Under the pieces are notes generated by a model that saw only the letters and a list, made by a program, of their open reading frames with translations, ran no database searches and was not told where the DNA came from. Both the position numbers and the translations under genes were made by a program. A DNA stretch of 64,000 nt from an uncultured Planctomycetaceae bacterium (GTDB taxonomy: Bacteria > Planctomycetota > Planctomycetia > Pirellulales > PALSA-1355), in NCBI GenBank assembly GCA_963785305.1, contig CAWAUV010000009.1, positions 96,001 through 160,000 on the forward strand. The letters are read 5' to 3'. Below are positions 32,301-44,955 of the stretch, one piece after another (within the stretch, counting starts at the first letter, position 1; every line of letters begins with the position of its first letter).

Positions 32301-33741
32301 CTCATGGGAACTGGCGATCTTGCCCACGGCGTCGGCCACCGCATGCTCCTTGGCGCTCGCCGCGGCCGGCTCGGGCTTGGCGGCGGCCGTGGCTTGATGC
32401 TGCTCGGCTTGCGCCGGGGCGATTTGTTTGGCGGCCTCTTTAAGCTGATCGAGCTGCTGGGCCAGTTGATCGGCGCTCATGTCGGCCGAAGCCGGATCGG
32501 CGGCGGTCTGCAATTGGTTGGCGATCTCGGCCAGATTGCCGAGCACGGCGCCCTGTTCCTTGATCGCCTCCTCCGTCTTGTTTTCGAACAGCGCGGCGGT
32601 CGCCTCTTGGGCCGCTTGCTTGGCTTGCTCGACCAGCGGGGTCGCGGCCGGCGCGGCGGCCAGGGCTTCGCCGAGTTGATCGAGTTGCTTGGCCAACTTC
32701 GATTGATCCTCGATCAGTCGTTCCATGGCCTTGTCGTCTTGCGGCGCGTTTTTGGTTTGCTCGCGAATCTGCTCCTCTTGCTTCATGAGGGCCTGCACCA
32801 TGCGCATCGCGTCTTCGTTGTCGGCGCCGATGATGCCCTGCGTTTGCTCGATCTTTTCAAGCAACGCCTGCAGGCCCTTGATGACGGCCCGTTCGCCGCG
32901 GGCGGCATCGTCGAATTGGGCGTCGTCGAGCTTGGCCGCGGCGGTGTCGAGTTCGACGCCGACCTGGGCGGCTTTGAGAATGCGAAGCCCATCGGCGGCG
33001 CCGGCGCCGACCGGTCCACCCAGGCGCTCACATCGGCCAGCGTGTCGACCAGCCGCGCGAAGAGCGCTTTCACGTCGCGCTGATCTTGCGAGGCGCCGAG
33101 CGTGAGCGTTTCTTGTTGCAAGCGGGGCTGCTCGGGAATCGACTCGGTTACGCGGAGCACGCCTTTTTCCAACTGGATCAAGCGGCGAGTTTGGGCCGAA
33201 AGCTCGGCGACTTTCAACCGGCGCAAAAGATTCTGCCGCTCGACCGAAAGTCGAATCACGATCTCGCGAATCTTTTCGCGTGCCTCGCCGACGCGAGCCT
33301 TCCGCTCGGCAGGCGCCAAGCTCTGGGCTTCGACCAAAAGATCGACGACTTCCGCCATCTCGGCGCCGATCAGCTTGTCGATGTTCTCGCGCATCGAGGC
33401 GATCTCGCCATGGATCGGGAGCTTGTCGAGACCGTTTTCCTTGAGCTGCTTGAGTTGGATATCCAAGATGCTCGAAATCAATTCACGGGCCATCGCTCGC
33501 GCGCGTTGCTGCGCTTCTTGCTTGTGGCGGAGCGATTCGCCGCCGGCGGGGCCCACCGCATTGCCGGCGCCGGAAGTCTTGGAAGCTCCGGGCTTCGAGC
33601 CATCGGCGGCGCGAGCCACCGGCTCGCCGGCAATGGCAAACGACAAGCCCAAGCCCAAAGCCAGGACCATGAGCATGGGCATGGGCTTTAGAGACCACGG
33701 CGACAGCCAAACGATCGACTCTTTGCGCGGGGCTTGCTCAT
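29370..33741 (-). CDS. Very large Ala/Gln-rich coiled-coil secreted protein of the MoxR operon (several frameshifts)
   Basis: ORFs 32783..33754, 29520..32864 and 29261..29857 joined; signal-like segment; C-terminal WVAKLPPELR...GYEDRLQRYFENLD. Confidence 0.65.
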
Positions 33742-35474
33742 TTCTGATCTCCAATGCCGAGTTGCCGGGTGATGATGGCGTCGAGCTGGCGGGCCGAGCG
33801 CTCGTCGGCTTCGGAAATCGCCGCCAGCACGCCGCTTTCGTCGGTGACCTGAAGCACGACCGGTTCGCTTTGCGCCGACTGGCCGGCGCCGCTCCCTCGA
33901 TAGTCTACCGCCTCGAGCGTCACTTTAAGCTGATCGCCCTTGGATAATTTGAGCGGCGATAGCGAAAGACGGTAGCTGTCTTTGAGTGGCAGGCGATCGG
34001 CCAAGAGCGGCTCGCGAAATTCGTGGGCCACGAGCGGCGGCAGTTCGAGCACGCTGCCATCGGGACTCGTTTTTTCCAGCCGCACCAGCACGTGCGCGAG
34101 CCCGAAATCGTCGGTCGCGCGGTATTCGATTTTCGGTCCGGCCGTGGGCAGCACATATTTCGTGACCACATCGGCCACGATCCGCGGTCGTTGGTCGGCC
34201 TTGATCCGCACAAAGCCCTCGATCGGATGCTCGAGCCCCAGGCCGTCTTCATCGACCACTTGGGCTTCCCAGCGAAGCGGCTTTTCGACCCGGGCCAGCG
34301 GCGTGTGCTCGCTGGCAAGCGTCCAAAGTTCGGCGGAGGAAGCATCGGTCTTTGTCGCGGCGCCAGACGGGCTCTTTCCAGGTCCACTCTTCGTCAGCGG
34401 GTACTTCACTCCGTCGATCGTGAGCCAAGCTTCGGTCAGATGCTTGTTGGCGCAGCTGAGCCGCGCCTCGATCTTCGAGCCCTCGATCACCGAAAGCTGC
34501 CGCGAGCCGGCGCTGCTTTCATTGGCCACGCCGCGGGCATAGGCCGGCGGAATCGGTGTCATTCGCGGCTCGATCACCGGCAGCGGCACAACCAAGAGCT
34601 CGAGCGGATCGGTCCAAGCGTCGCCGAGATAGAGCTGAAACGCGAGCGAGTCGGTGAGTTTCGAGAGTTGCCCCGCATAAAGCCCCGCGGCGGCGGCGGC
34701 TTCGTTGGGGCTCTCGATCGGCGCCAGCTCGACGCGAGTTTCCGCGCCGCCGGCCAATGTGCGCAGATCGGCGCGCCCGCGGCGGGACGCTCGCCCGAGG
34801 TCTCGACCACGATTTTCAGCGGCTCGCCATAGGGTGTCTTGACGCGACCCATGTGGCCGGGCAAAGCGTCGATCTCGCGGCCATTGACGAGCACGCGCTC
34901 GATTTCGGTGGCCGTCGGATAGTGCGCGGCGCCGAGCATGAGTCGATCAAGAAACGCGGCCACGTAGCGCGGCGCAAGCGCCACGAACAGACCCAGGGCC
35001 AGGACCGAGCCGAAGAGCAGCGTCATGCGGCGCGACACGTCGCGGCGAGGAAAGCCATCGAACACATTCCAGCTTTTGCCGAATTCGGCCACATAGTCGA
35101 CCACCGCGGTTTCGAGCCGCGGCGAGCCCCAGTTTCGGGCCGCGGGGGTCTCGAATTGGAGAGCGGCCACGAGGTCGCTATCGATTTTTTGCTCTCGCTC
35201 GACCAGCAGGGCCATGTCGAGCTCGGTCTCGCGATGCCCGAACCAGGGCCACGCGAAGCGCCGCGCCGCCCAAACGACTGCCGCCGCGATGCCGAGCAGC
35301 AGCACCACGCGCTGGGAGCGGGTGAGCAGCAGCGAATAGTCGATGCCCATCGCCACGGCGAGCGACCACAGCGCCGCGAGCGCCAGCGCGGCGTGGGCCA
35401 TGCCCCAGCGCGACCAGTTGGCGGCGGCGGCGGAGCCGAGCGAGTTGTGCCCGAAGCGCGGAGAGTTTCGTCAT
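33738..35474 (-). CDS. Membrane protein of the MoxR/VWA operon (DUF4175-like; frameshifted)
   Basis: N-terminal TMs, ALLVE...DSDLVAALQF, DQRPRI, YRATDDFGL, LSKGDQL.VTLEAVD; ATGA overlaps at both ends. Confidence 0.65.
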
Positions 35475-38040
35475 GGCAAGTTGATCATTTTTCTGAAGAA
35501 CCATTCGCCGATCAGCAGCGCCGCCATGAGCCCGAAGCCCAGCCAGGTGTCCCAGACCTGAAACACCTTGGTCGAGGTTTCTTCTTTGACGATTGGCTTG
35601 GATATCGTCGGGCAACCGTTCGGCCGAAGCCAAGTCATAGGCTCGGCCGCCGGTCGAGGCCGACGATTTCTTCTTGCAGGCTGGCGTTGCGGGTGGCGCT
35701 GCGGCGCTCGGCCGAGAGGCTGGCCACCTGGAAGCCCACCTCCGAGGTGTCGCCGGTCACGGGGTCCTTCACGCGCGCACGATACTCGACCGCCGTCGGG
35801 CACATCGGACGCGGGCCTCGAACACGCCCTCGCGGAGCGGGGTGATCGAAAGCTCGCTGCGGCTCGGCGCCGGTCGACGAGCGCTCGGGCGGCATCAGTT
35901 CGGCCGGCAAGCGGTGGTCGGGAATTTTGTCTTCGCCCAGCGGCTCGAAGTTCGCGTCATAGGCTTCGACCGTGAGCACCACTTTATCGTCGACCTGATA
36001 TCGCGGACGATCGGTGCGCACGCACGAATCGCTTCTGGCTGCCGAGGGTGTGGCTGAGGCCGAGGCGATGGATCATTTGTCCCCAGAACTGGCGATAGTA
36101 AAGTTCGCCGTATTTGCGTCGCAGCCGCCAGGTTTCGTCGAAACCCAGATACACGACCTCGCCGCGGCCATAGCGGCGCATGGCAATGAGCGGCTGGGGA
36201 GTCTTGCCATCGACGCACATGTCTTTCGGATGCACGGCCAGGGCCGTGGCCAGCGGATGCAATCGCGAGACGGGTTGATACCAAGGGAGCGGCCCCAGGT
36301 TGAGCCAAGCCTTGCGATTCTCGGCCCCGTCTACACCCAGTTGCATGAAGTCGAATTGCTCGGCGGCCGGCGTCATTTGCAAGATGAACTCTTTCTGATC
36401 TTGCAGTTTCGCCGCCGCCATCGACCACGACCGGCAACATGTCGGCCAGCGGAGTCGACGCCAACTGGCCGGGACCAAATCGCGGACCGCCGATCACCAC
36501 CAAGCCGCCGCCGAACTTGCCGACGAACTCCTTGACCAGTTCGCAAAAGCGCGAATTGAGCGACCCGGCCGGCATGTCGCCGATGAACAGCACATCGTTG
36601 GCGAAGAACTCGCTTCGTTGCGGAGTGAGCGTCGGCAAAAACAATTCGTTCGTCGTGCGCACCTTGGGATCGGCCGAGCGGAGAAAAGTGCGGAAGCCGC
36701 GAGGGCCGACCAGCTTGTCGCGATAGAACACCTCCTTGATGAATCGCCATTCCCAAGTGGGTTCGTACTCGACGAACATCAGCCGCAAAAAATCATCGCG
36801 AATGTTGACTTCGCGCGTTGCGCGGTTGTTCTGATCGACCACCTCGCCCGACACGACCGGAGTCTCGGCGATGAGCTCGAAGTGGCCGGTTTCCTCGGGT
36901 GTGAAGGGAAATTCGATCGATTGCGTGGGCCCATGCAGCTCGACCGAGCGCGTGCCGATCACGAAGGTGTCGATGGCCGACGGCGAATCGCTCAGCGCGC
37001 GCCGAGCCGCCGCGCGGTGACGCTCACCGGCGCCGATTGGCCATCGAGCCCGGTCTGACGCACGACGACGGTGACCGTCGCTCGCTCGGCTTTTTTCATC
37101 ATCGGCGGCGCTTGCAAGTCGATCGCCAGATCGAGCGCCGTCGTGGGGCCGACGCCGATCGTGTAAATCGGCACATTGAGACTCTTGGCCTTGGCCAGCG
37201 GCGGCGGGCCCGAATTCTGATCGAAGTCGCTCACCACCACCACGCCGGCAAGACTACCCATCGCGTGGCGCGAGCCAAGGTCTTCGAGCGCGGCGCCCAG
37301 GGCCGTGACTTGACCCCGAGTCGTGAGCTCTTCGGACCAGCGGCCGAAATCAATGCGATCCGTTTGGCCATCGCCCGATTCGAGTCCGGCGACGGCGTCG
37401 GGCCGCTCGAACACGAAACCCTTGAGGCGGAACTTTTCCTCGAGCTTCGCGAGCACATTGCCATCGCGCTTGCGCAGCCAAGCCCGCACATAGTCGGCCC
37501 GAGAGTGGCCGAGCTTCGAGTCGTCGAGCTTGGCGTCGCGCGGCGTGTCGGTCGCGGGCGCTTTCAAGGGTTGCTCCGCGACTTTCTCCGCGGCGGGCGC
37601 GGGTTTTATGTCGGCGGCGTCTTTTGAAGCGATGTTCGAGTCGACGCCGGTGGCCTCATTGAGCCGGGTCGCTTCGGCGGCGGGAAATTCATCGCGAATG
37701 TTCATGCTGTCGGTGCCGTCGAGCAGCACCCATACCAGCGGTCGCGGCCGGTTGCCCACCACCACGCTTAGCACCGGATCGGCCAGGAACAAGAGCAAGA
37801 GCGAAAGCGTGAGGGCTCGGGCGACCCCCAGCGCGATGCGCGCCGCCCGCCGCCCGCGCGGCTGGCGCTTGATATAGACGAACAGCGCCAGAAACGAGAG
37901 CGCCACGCAACCAAAAAACACCCAGCCGCCGGCGCCATGGGCCCAGGGCGCGGCCAGCGATGGCGTGATTTGGCGGATCGAGGTCACGTTTTCCAGGCCG
38001 AGCGCAGGCCGACGAGCTCCATGAGGTTCAGCGAGTTCAT
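35471..38040 (-). CDS. VWA / glutamine amidotransferase-like membrane protein (multiple frameshifts)
   Basis: LLDGTDSM, VVSDFDQN, EPTWEWRF, GGGLVVIGG, YGRGEV...DETWRLR, YYRQFWGQ, C-terminal TM ending EWFFRKMINLP. Confidence 0.7.
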
Positions 38041-40555
38041 GGTGTTTGCTCCCGAGCCGAACGGGGCCAAGCCAGGATCGCCATTTCCACCAGCAGCGCT
38101 CCGAGCACCGCGGCGAGCAGCCACTTCCACATGGTTTGCCCGCTCACATGCGCCCCGGCCACGCTGATCGCGTCGCCCGCGCCCACCCAGCGATAGCGAA
38201 GGCCCTCGCCCACGCGTTGCCGCAGCGCCGGCTCATCGAGCGTCGCGGGTTCCGATTCGCGTCCTGGACCATTGACGGCGAAGGTCGTCTCCCAGAGTTT
38301 GGCCGGCGCGTGGCTGGCATCGGCGCTGCCGTCGCCCTTGGTGGCGATAACCTTGTAAACGCCGCGATCGAGCGCTCCGCGCACCGTGACGCCATAGAGA
38401 TCGGCGCCGAGCGCGTCGACCGAAAGCGGCTGCTCGGCGCCATCGGGCCGCACGACGCTATACGACGCATTGCGCTCCGTGATCGGCAAAACAAACGCAT
38501 CGACCGCCATTAGATTTCGCGTGGGCAGCGTGTTTTGGAGCATGCCGCGCAGGAGGCGATCGACCATGAGCATCGCGTTGGTCTTGGGCAGCGTGTTCCA
38601 GGGACTCAGCATGCCGCTGGCCATGAACACGACGCGCCCTTGGCCGATGGCCCGTTCGACGATAAATGGAATTTGATTGTCGAACGCGGCGAGCAGATGC
38701 GGTCGCTCGCGCTCGGCGCGTTTTTCGGGCGATTCGCCATGGCCCAGCTCGCTCTCGCGTTCGGCCCAAGCGAGCCAGTGCGGGTCGATCTCTTGGCGGC
38801 GGCGTTCGTCTTGCTCGCGCTCGTGGCGCATCGCGTCGGTGAGCTGGCCTTTGGCTTCGAGTTCCGACCAGTGGCGAGCGCGCTGGTCGGCGGCGGCGAG
38901 AAAGTTTTGTTCCTCGGCGATTCGCCGGGTTTCGTCGGCCTGAAGTTGCGCGAGAACTTCGGCCGAGAGCTCGGCTTCGGCGGTTTTGAAAAACACCGGC
39001 TCGCCATAGAGGGCGGCGAGCTCTTCGTCGGAAACATCGGCCAAACGAAAGTCGTCGTGGGTCATGCTTTTAAACGCGAGCGAAAACGGCTTCGCCTCGC
39101 GGGGTGATTCTTCCGGCGTTTTGCCCCACAGCCGCGGCTTGAGCGGCGCGGGAGCAGGCCCGCGCCATCGAGCCAGGCGGCGCGTGTCCAGGCCGCGGGA
39201 TCGAAATCGGCTCCAGCCACGATCAAAAGCTGCCCGCCTTGCCGCACGAAGTCTCGCAAGAGCGGCACGCTCGTTTCCGGACTCGCCACTCCGGCCACGA
39301 CCACGAGCCGGGCGTTTTCCAACAGCGGTCGGTCGACCTGATCGATGCGCACATGCTTGATCTCCACCAACTGCCGGGCCGCGTCGCCGCGGCTGGTCAC
39401 CGGGGCGAGCAAGCGCCGCATCTGCCGCGACTCGCCGTAGCGGTTGCGCTTCGGGTCCTCGTCGTCGCCCAGTTGATCGACAAACACCACCGGCAGCGCC
39501 GCCACGACCGGAGCAATCAGATAACGCGCGTCGTCGGCCGGTTGGCGATCGGCCGGAATCGACACCTTGACCGGCGTCGAAACCGGCTTGCCCGGCTCGA
39601 CCGCGAGATCGAATTTATAGTGAAACGTGACTTCGCGGCTTTGTCCCGAGGCAAGATCGATGTTTTGGCTAGCCACCTCCACGCCATCGACCGTGAGTGT
39701 CACCGGCACATGCTCGCGCGGCGCGCCCTCGAGCCGCACCACGGCGGTGAGCGCCGCCGGAGTCTCGACATCGGCCAAGCCGTCTTGCAAAGCGAAGCTG
39801 TCGATCCAGGCATTGTCGGGTTCGCCGGCCGCGATCGACACGACTTGCATTTCGGGCAATTCGGCCCCGTTCAAGGCGCTCGCGGAACCTTCGCCACCCG
39901 ACCGCGAGTCGGCGAGCGACCGGGGCCAGTCGATCGATTGCTGGTCGCCCAAGAACACGAGGCGCGTGGCGTCCTTGAATTCCGGCGCCCGGGCCTGGGC
40001 TTCGCGGCCGGCGTCGATCGCGGCGAGAGCCGACACGGAGCGGTCGACGGTTTCGATCCGGTCGAGCGCGTCGCGGGCGTCCTCCTTCGCGCGATAGGGA
40101 TCGAGCGCGAGCGGCGCCGCCGAGCCCGCGAGCGGGATCACGGAGATGCGGCTGCCTTCGGGAATCGCCTCGATGAATTCCTTGGCCTTGCCGCGGGCCT
40201 CGTCGAGCAGGGTGCGGCCCAGCGTTTCATGGCTCATGCTCAGGCTATTGTCGATCGCGAGCACGGCATGGATCGGCTGGCTATCGTCGGCTGCGTGGTC
40301 GGAGGTGGAAAACATCGGCCGAGCCAGCGCGAGTCCGAACAGAAGCAAAGCGGCGGTCCGCAAGACCAGCAGCACGAGATCGCGCAGTTGCAAGACGCGA
40401 CGATTGCGGCGCACGGCTTCCAATAGGAAATCCATCGCCGCCCATTCGACGACCTTGAACCGGCGACGATTGAGCAAGTGAATGAGAATTGGTCCGGCGG
40501 CGGCCACAAGGCCGGCCAAAGCGAACACGCCGGCGCCGGGAGCAAAGTTCAACAT
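38037..40555 (-). CDS. BatA N-terminal double-TM / VWA protein (frameshift near 39140)
   Basis: PILIHLLNRRRFKVVEWAAMDFL, LLVLR..ALLL...ALARP, IDNSLSM; C-terminal FAVN....ES and WKWLLAAVL..LLVE. Confidence 0.8.
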
Positions 40556-40599
40556 GCTGAAGACAACTTAAAAACAGACGAGGATGATGAAGAATATTG

Positions 40600-40747
40600 G
40601 CCACGGAAGGACACTGAATACACGGAAATCAAAATATTACAACCGATATGTTATCTGTCTGTTAAAGAGTAGCAACCCCGCATGCAAAAGCCGTCGACGA
40701 TTGCTATTTCAAAGTCTTTTTCCGTGCCTTCCGTGTCATTCCGTGGC
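40600..40747. repeat. Intergenic inverted-repeat element (29-bp arms, AT-rich 90-bp core)
   Basis: GCCACGGAAGGACACTGAATACACGGAAA (40600-40628) matches the reverse complement of 40719-40747 at 25/29. Confidence 0.8.
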
Positions 40748-40790
40748 AAAATCTTTTTTTAACGATGAACTAGCGGTCGGCGCCGCGTAT

Positions 40791-41941
40791 TCACTGGCTT
40801 TTTGCTTGGAATTTATTGCGGAGCGAGTCGATCTTGCCTTCTTGCAAAATGGGAAGGTAGCGATTCGGAATCGCAAGAATAAAGCAGGCGACCGCCGTGC
40901 CATACAATTCGCCGGGACGGCCGCCGAGATGTCCGCCCGATTGCCAGACTCCATCGCGGCGAGGATCCTTGGCGTCGGACACTTGCGATTGGATCAACAG
41001 ATCGCGCAGCTTGGGATAGTTTTCCTTCCAGGTGGGCCCGCCGACTTGATAGAGCGCCTGGCCCACGTAGTAGAGCGTATAACCATCGAACGGCACCTGG
41101 CCGCTGTGCGCGTTGGGCTTTTGTTCGTTGATGCCTTTGATCACGGCTTCCATGCTCTTGGCGATGCGCCAGTCGTCGTATTGACCGAACTCTTGCATGC
41201 ACACCACGCCCGCGGCGGCCATGGCCACCGTGGCGCCATCGCCGCTTCGGCCATAGGTGAATTGGCCCGGAACCGCTTGCTGTTCGGCCTCGCTCGCCTT
41301 GCGCTGCCCGCCAGCGGGAGTGTAATGATCGCGCACATCGCGAATCGCCGACTCGATCACTTCGGGCGGCACTTCGAGCCCGCTATCCACCGCGGTCGCA
41401 GCGCCTTGGCTTGCATCACGGCGAGACTAAGGTCGTGGCCATGCGACTGGCTCTTGGCCCGATAGTCCCAGCCGCCATCGCCGCACTGAGTGTTGGCGAT
41501 CAGCCGCAGGGCGCGCTCGAGGCTGGCGCTGATCCGCGGATCGTTGGTCATGCCATCGGCTTGGCCGAGCACGAAGGTCGAGAGGCCATGGTTGTACATG
41601 TCGCGCTGCGGATCGCCCACATTCAACAGGCCGGAGGGACGCGCGTTTTGGAGCACATAGTTAAGGGCGCGATCGACATTCTGGCCGTAGCGGCCAATGC
41701 CGGGCGTGTGTCCGGCGGCCAGAAAGGCCAAGGCGCCGGTGCTCACCACGCCCAGATCGTTCGAGTCCCAATTGCCTTCGGCGCCCTGATTCGTCGACAG
41801 CCAGGCCAGCCCGCGGCGCAGGGCCGCTTCGCTCTCGGGCGTGATCTCCCAATCGCCTTCGGCCCGGCCTTGCGAGGCAAACGCCAGGAGCGACAGCAGC
41901 GCTGCCAGAATCGGCTTGATCGGTCGCGCGGTGCGTGCCAC
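40791..41941 (-). CDS. Secreted prenyltransferase/squalene-oxidase-repeat protein (frameshift near 41392)
   Basis: Signal peptide; RGLAWL..NQ..EGNW, MYNHGLST, TQ..DGGWDY, YTLYY.GQALYQ, YLPILQ. Confidence 0.82.
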
Positions 41942-42230
41942 GAGCGGTGCTCCGGAGCGGGGGACGAGGAAAACGAGCGGCGCCCGGCAAACCTCCGCTG
42001 CTGGGGACCGCGCGGACAGGCCCGGGAAATAGGCAGGGGCGCCATGTTCGTATTTTAATATGACGCTTCAGCCGATTCGGTTACGCGGCGGGCGAAAATA
42101 TTTTTTCCAAAGGCCCAGCGATCGGGGCCATTTTCGTGGAAATCGAGCCAAGCCATTTGCTAGGGTCCTGGCTCCAAGCCCCTGGCAATTCTCATTGTTT
42201 ACGCATCTTTTCGCCCCGCGAGGAAACTCC

Positions 42231-42790
42231 ATGACCCCGATTCGCGATCGTATCGTCGGCCTTCGCCGCGTGACCGCCAGCTCATTGCGGGCCAACCCGA
42301 AGAACTGGCGGACCCATCCTCAAGCCCAGCGCGACGCCCTGGCGCGGCGCTCGCGGAAATCGGCTTCGCCAGCGCTCTTTTGGCTCGCGAACTGCCCGAC
42401 GGGACCCTGGAACTCATCGATGGCCACCTGCGGGCCGAAACCGCGCCCGACGCGGTTGTGCCGGTGCTGGTGCTCGATGTCGACGAGCGCGAAGCCGCCC
42501 AACTGCTCGCCACATTCGACCCGCTTTCGGCCCTGGCGGGCGTCGACACCGGTGCGCTCGAATCGCTTCTTGCCGAGATCGACTTCGCCGAGCCGGCGCT
42601 GCGGTTGCTCGCCGAGTCGCTGCTCGAAAAAAACGATTCGCCGGCCGAGCGCGACCATTCGCAAGACAAAGACCTTGAAACACCGGAACTGTATCAACTG
42701 GTGGTCGAATGCCAATGCGAATCGGAGCAGCGCGAACTGTTTGACCGACTGCGGGCCGAAGGTTTTCGCTGCCGGCTCGTGAATCTTTGA
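42231..42790 (+). CDS. ParB/Srx-like N-terminal domain protein, phage type (frameshift near 42345)
   Basis: LRANPKNWRTHP..Q, EIGF, LIDGHLR; C-terminal YQLVVEC..E.EQ..L..RL..EG. Confidence 0.75.
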
Positions 42791-42847
42791 CGGGCCCGGC
42801 GCCGCCGCGAGCCCGTTGTTTTTTCCCCCCGAAAGGATTCCGCCCCC

Positions 42848-44041
42848 ATGCCAAGGATCGAAGCGACCGTCGAGTGTCTGATACATGATAGTTTTCGCGT
42901 GCAACAAGTCGCGGGCATGTTCGATGTGCCGCTGGCCGAAAAGGCGACGGCCACGTTCGCGGTCGACGTGCCCGGCGTCGAGGAATCTTGGGACATTGGT
43001 CTGGTGGTCGGGCCTTCGGGCAGCGGTAAGTCGACGATCGCGCGCCGCGCGTTTGGCGACGCCGTGGCCGACCCCGGGACCTGGCCCGCCGATCGGGCGG
43101 TGATCGATTGCTTCGGCGACGCGCCGGGCCGAGAGATCACGGGCCTCTTGACCAGCGTGGGTTTTGGCTCGCCGCCGGCCTGGATCAAGCCCTACTCGGT
43201 TCTGAGCGGCGGCGAACGCTTTCGCTGCGATCTGGCGAGAGCATTGGCCCCCTGGGCTCGGGAGCGGTCGGGCTCGGAAACCACCACGGGCTCCGCGAGG
43301 CGCGATGCAAGCGACGGCGAGCTGGCCTTGCCGCCCGTGGTGGTGTTCGATGAATTTACGAGCGTCGTCGATCGGCAAGTAGCGCAAGTGGGTTCGGCGG
43401 CGATCGCCAAGGCGATTCGGGCCGGCCGGGTCGCATGCCGGTTCGTGGCGGTGAGCTGCCATTACGATGTGAGCGAATGGCTGGAGCCCGATTGGGTTGT
43501 CGATATGGCGAGCCGAACTTGCCAGCGGAGGCGTCTTCGGCGACCGGAAATTGTCATCGAACTTTTCCGCTGCCGCCATGCTCTGTGGTCGCTCTTTGCG
43601 CCGCATCATTATTTAAGCGGTTCGCTCAGCAAGATGGCGCGGTGCCATGTGGCGATGTGGCGCAGCGCCGGCTTGCTTTTGCGCCACGCTGCCGATCATT
43701 GGCCGCCGGGGCCACTGGCGCATCAGTCGGATCGTGACCTTGCCCGACTATCAAGGCATTGGGCTGGGCATGCGCGTGGCCGAAGCGGTGGCCGAGCAGC
43801 ATGTGTCCCAGGGTCATCGGCTCAATATCATTGCGAGCCACCCGGCGGTGATTTCGCACTGTCGTCGATCGGCCCGCTGGCGCACGGCGCGCGTCAAGCG
43901 GATTGGTTCGCGCCGAGCCGAGTTTATTCCCGGCTATCGCGGGGCGGTCGGCCGAGCGGTGGTGTCGTTTGAATATCGGCCGCTGGCAAGCGCGGAGACC
44001 GGCGGCGCGTCGGGGGCGAAAGCGAGCCGGCGCCCGAGTGA
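42848..44041 (+). CDS. Soluble ABC-type ATPase fused to a GNAT acetyltransferase (frameshift near 43667; exact stop uncertain)
   Basis: Walker A GPSGSGKS, LSGGE, Walker B VVFDEFTS, SCHYD; FAPHHYL; GNAT motif RISRIVTLPDYQGIGLG; no TM subunit nearby. Confidence 0.8.
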
Positions 44042-44073
44042 CACACAGTTGTCACGGCATTGCCAGCATGGGG

Positions 44074-44561
44074 CTATTTTACGATCACTCGCTGATATAG
44101 TAGTTCCACGAAATTGGCCAGTAGGTCGGATTCCGAGCTTTCGAGGAGCACGTCGACTTTTTGATGGACGGCGCGTTTGTGGTTCATGGCTCGCACCGCG
44201 TCGGCGGCGCCTTCGAGCGTGAGCGCTCCGCCGCGCCGAAGCGGCTATAGAGCTCGTCGAAGTCGGCTTCCGACCATCCGGCAAGCAGCTCCTGATGCGT
44301 GGCCAGCACTTCTTCCACCAACGGATTGGTTTGACGGTCAAACGCGCGATGGACCAGCAGCGACGGATCTTGAAACAACTCATCGACCGGCACTCCCAAG
44401 CCGGTTGCCAACCGATGCAAGGTGCGAGCCTGGGGCTTGTGCGCGCCCGCCAGAATCGCCTTGATCGTGTTTTCGTGCAGCCCGGTGCGGGACACGGCCT
44501 CTTGCACCGTGAGCCCGCTACGAGCCATCAGTCGACGGAGATTGGCGGCGTGGTCACGCAT
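44074..44561 (-). CDS. XRE-family helix-turn-helix regulator (frameshift near 44235)
   Basis: NLRRLMARSGLT..E...RTGLHENTIKAIL.G..KPQARTLHRLATGLGV.VDELF; continues GALTLEGA...LLYQRVIVK in another frame. Confidence 0.75.
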
Positions 44562-44925
44562 CGGGGCGGTTTCGGGCAGGTTAATGGAATTCGATATCGT
44601 GATGGGGATCGGCGGGACACCTCGCAAGCGCGGGTAAGCGCCATCGACCAGCGTCTCGCGCAACGGCGTGCCTTGAAGCGGCGCCTCATCAAGTGGCAAC
44701 CCGCCAAGCAAGGACATGCCCTCGGAATCGCCGCGGCGCACCGGGGAGCGCGGGTGTCGGGGGAATCCGTCGCACGGAGTGATGGGATCGGCGGTCAGGC
44801 CGGGAATGCGCGGAACCTCCCCCAAAAGCTTAGCTCGAAAAACGCGGCGTGGCCGCCGCTTCGCGGATTTTCGCCTCGAAGTCCGAACGTTCGCGTTCGG
44901 CGGCCGGCAGCCGAAATCCACCGGC

Positions 44926-44955
44926 TTGACGGCGGTACGTGTATATATGTATACT
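44926..44955 (+). promoter_or_regulatory. Sigma70-like promoter inside a symmetric element
   Basis: TTGACG-18 nt-TATACT; a mirror-image TTGACG lies on the minus strand at 44969-44974. Confidence 0.55.

Noticed and set aside
29025..33083. Plus-strand ORFs of 1011, 779 and 330 aa
   Set aside because: Antisense shadows of the Ala-rich gene in high-GC DNA, with no recognisable domains.
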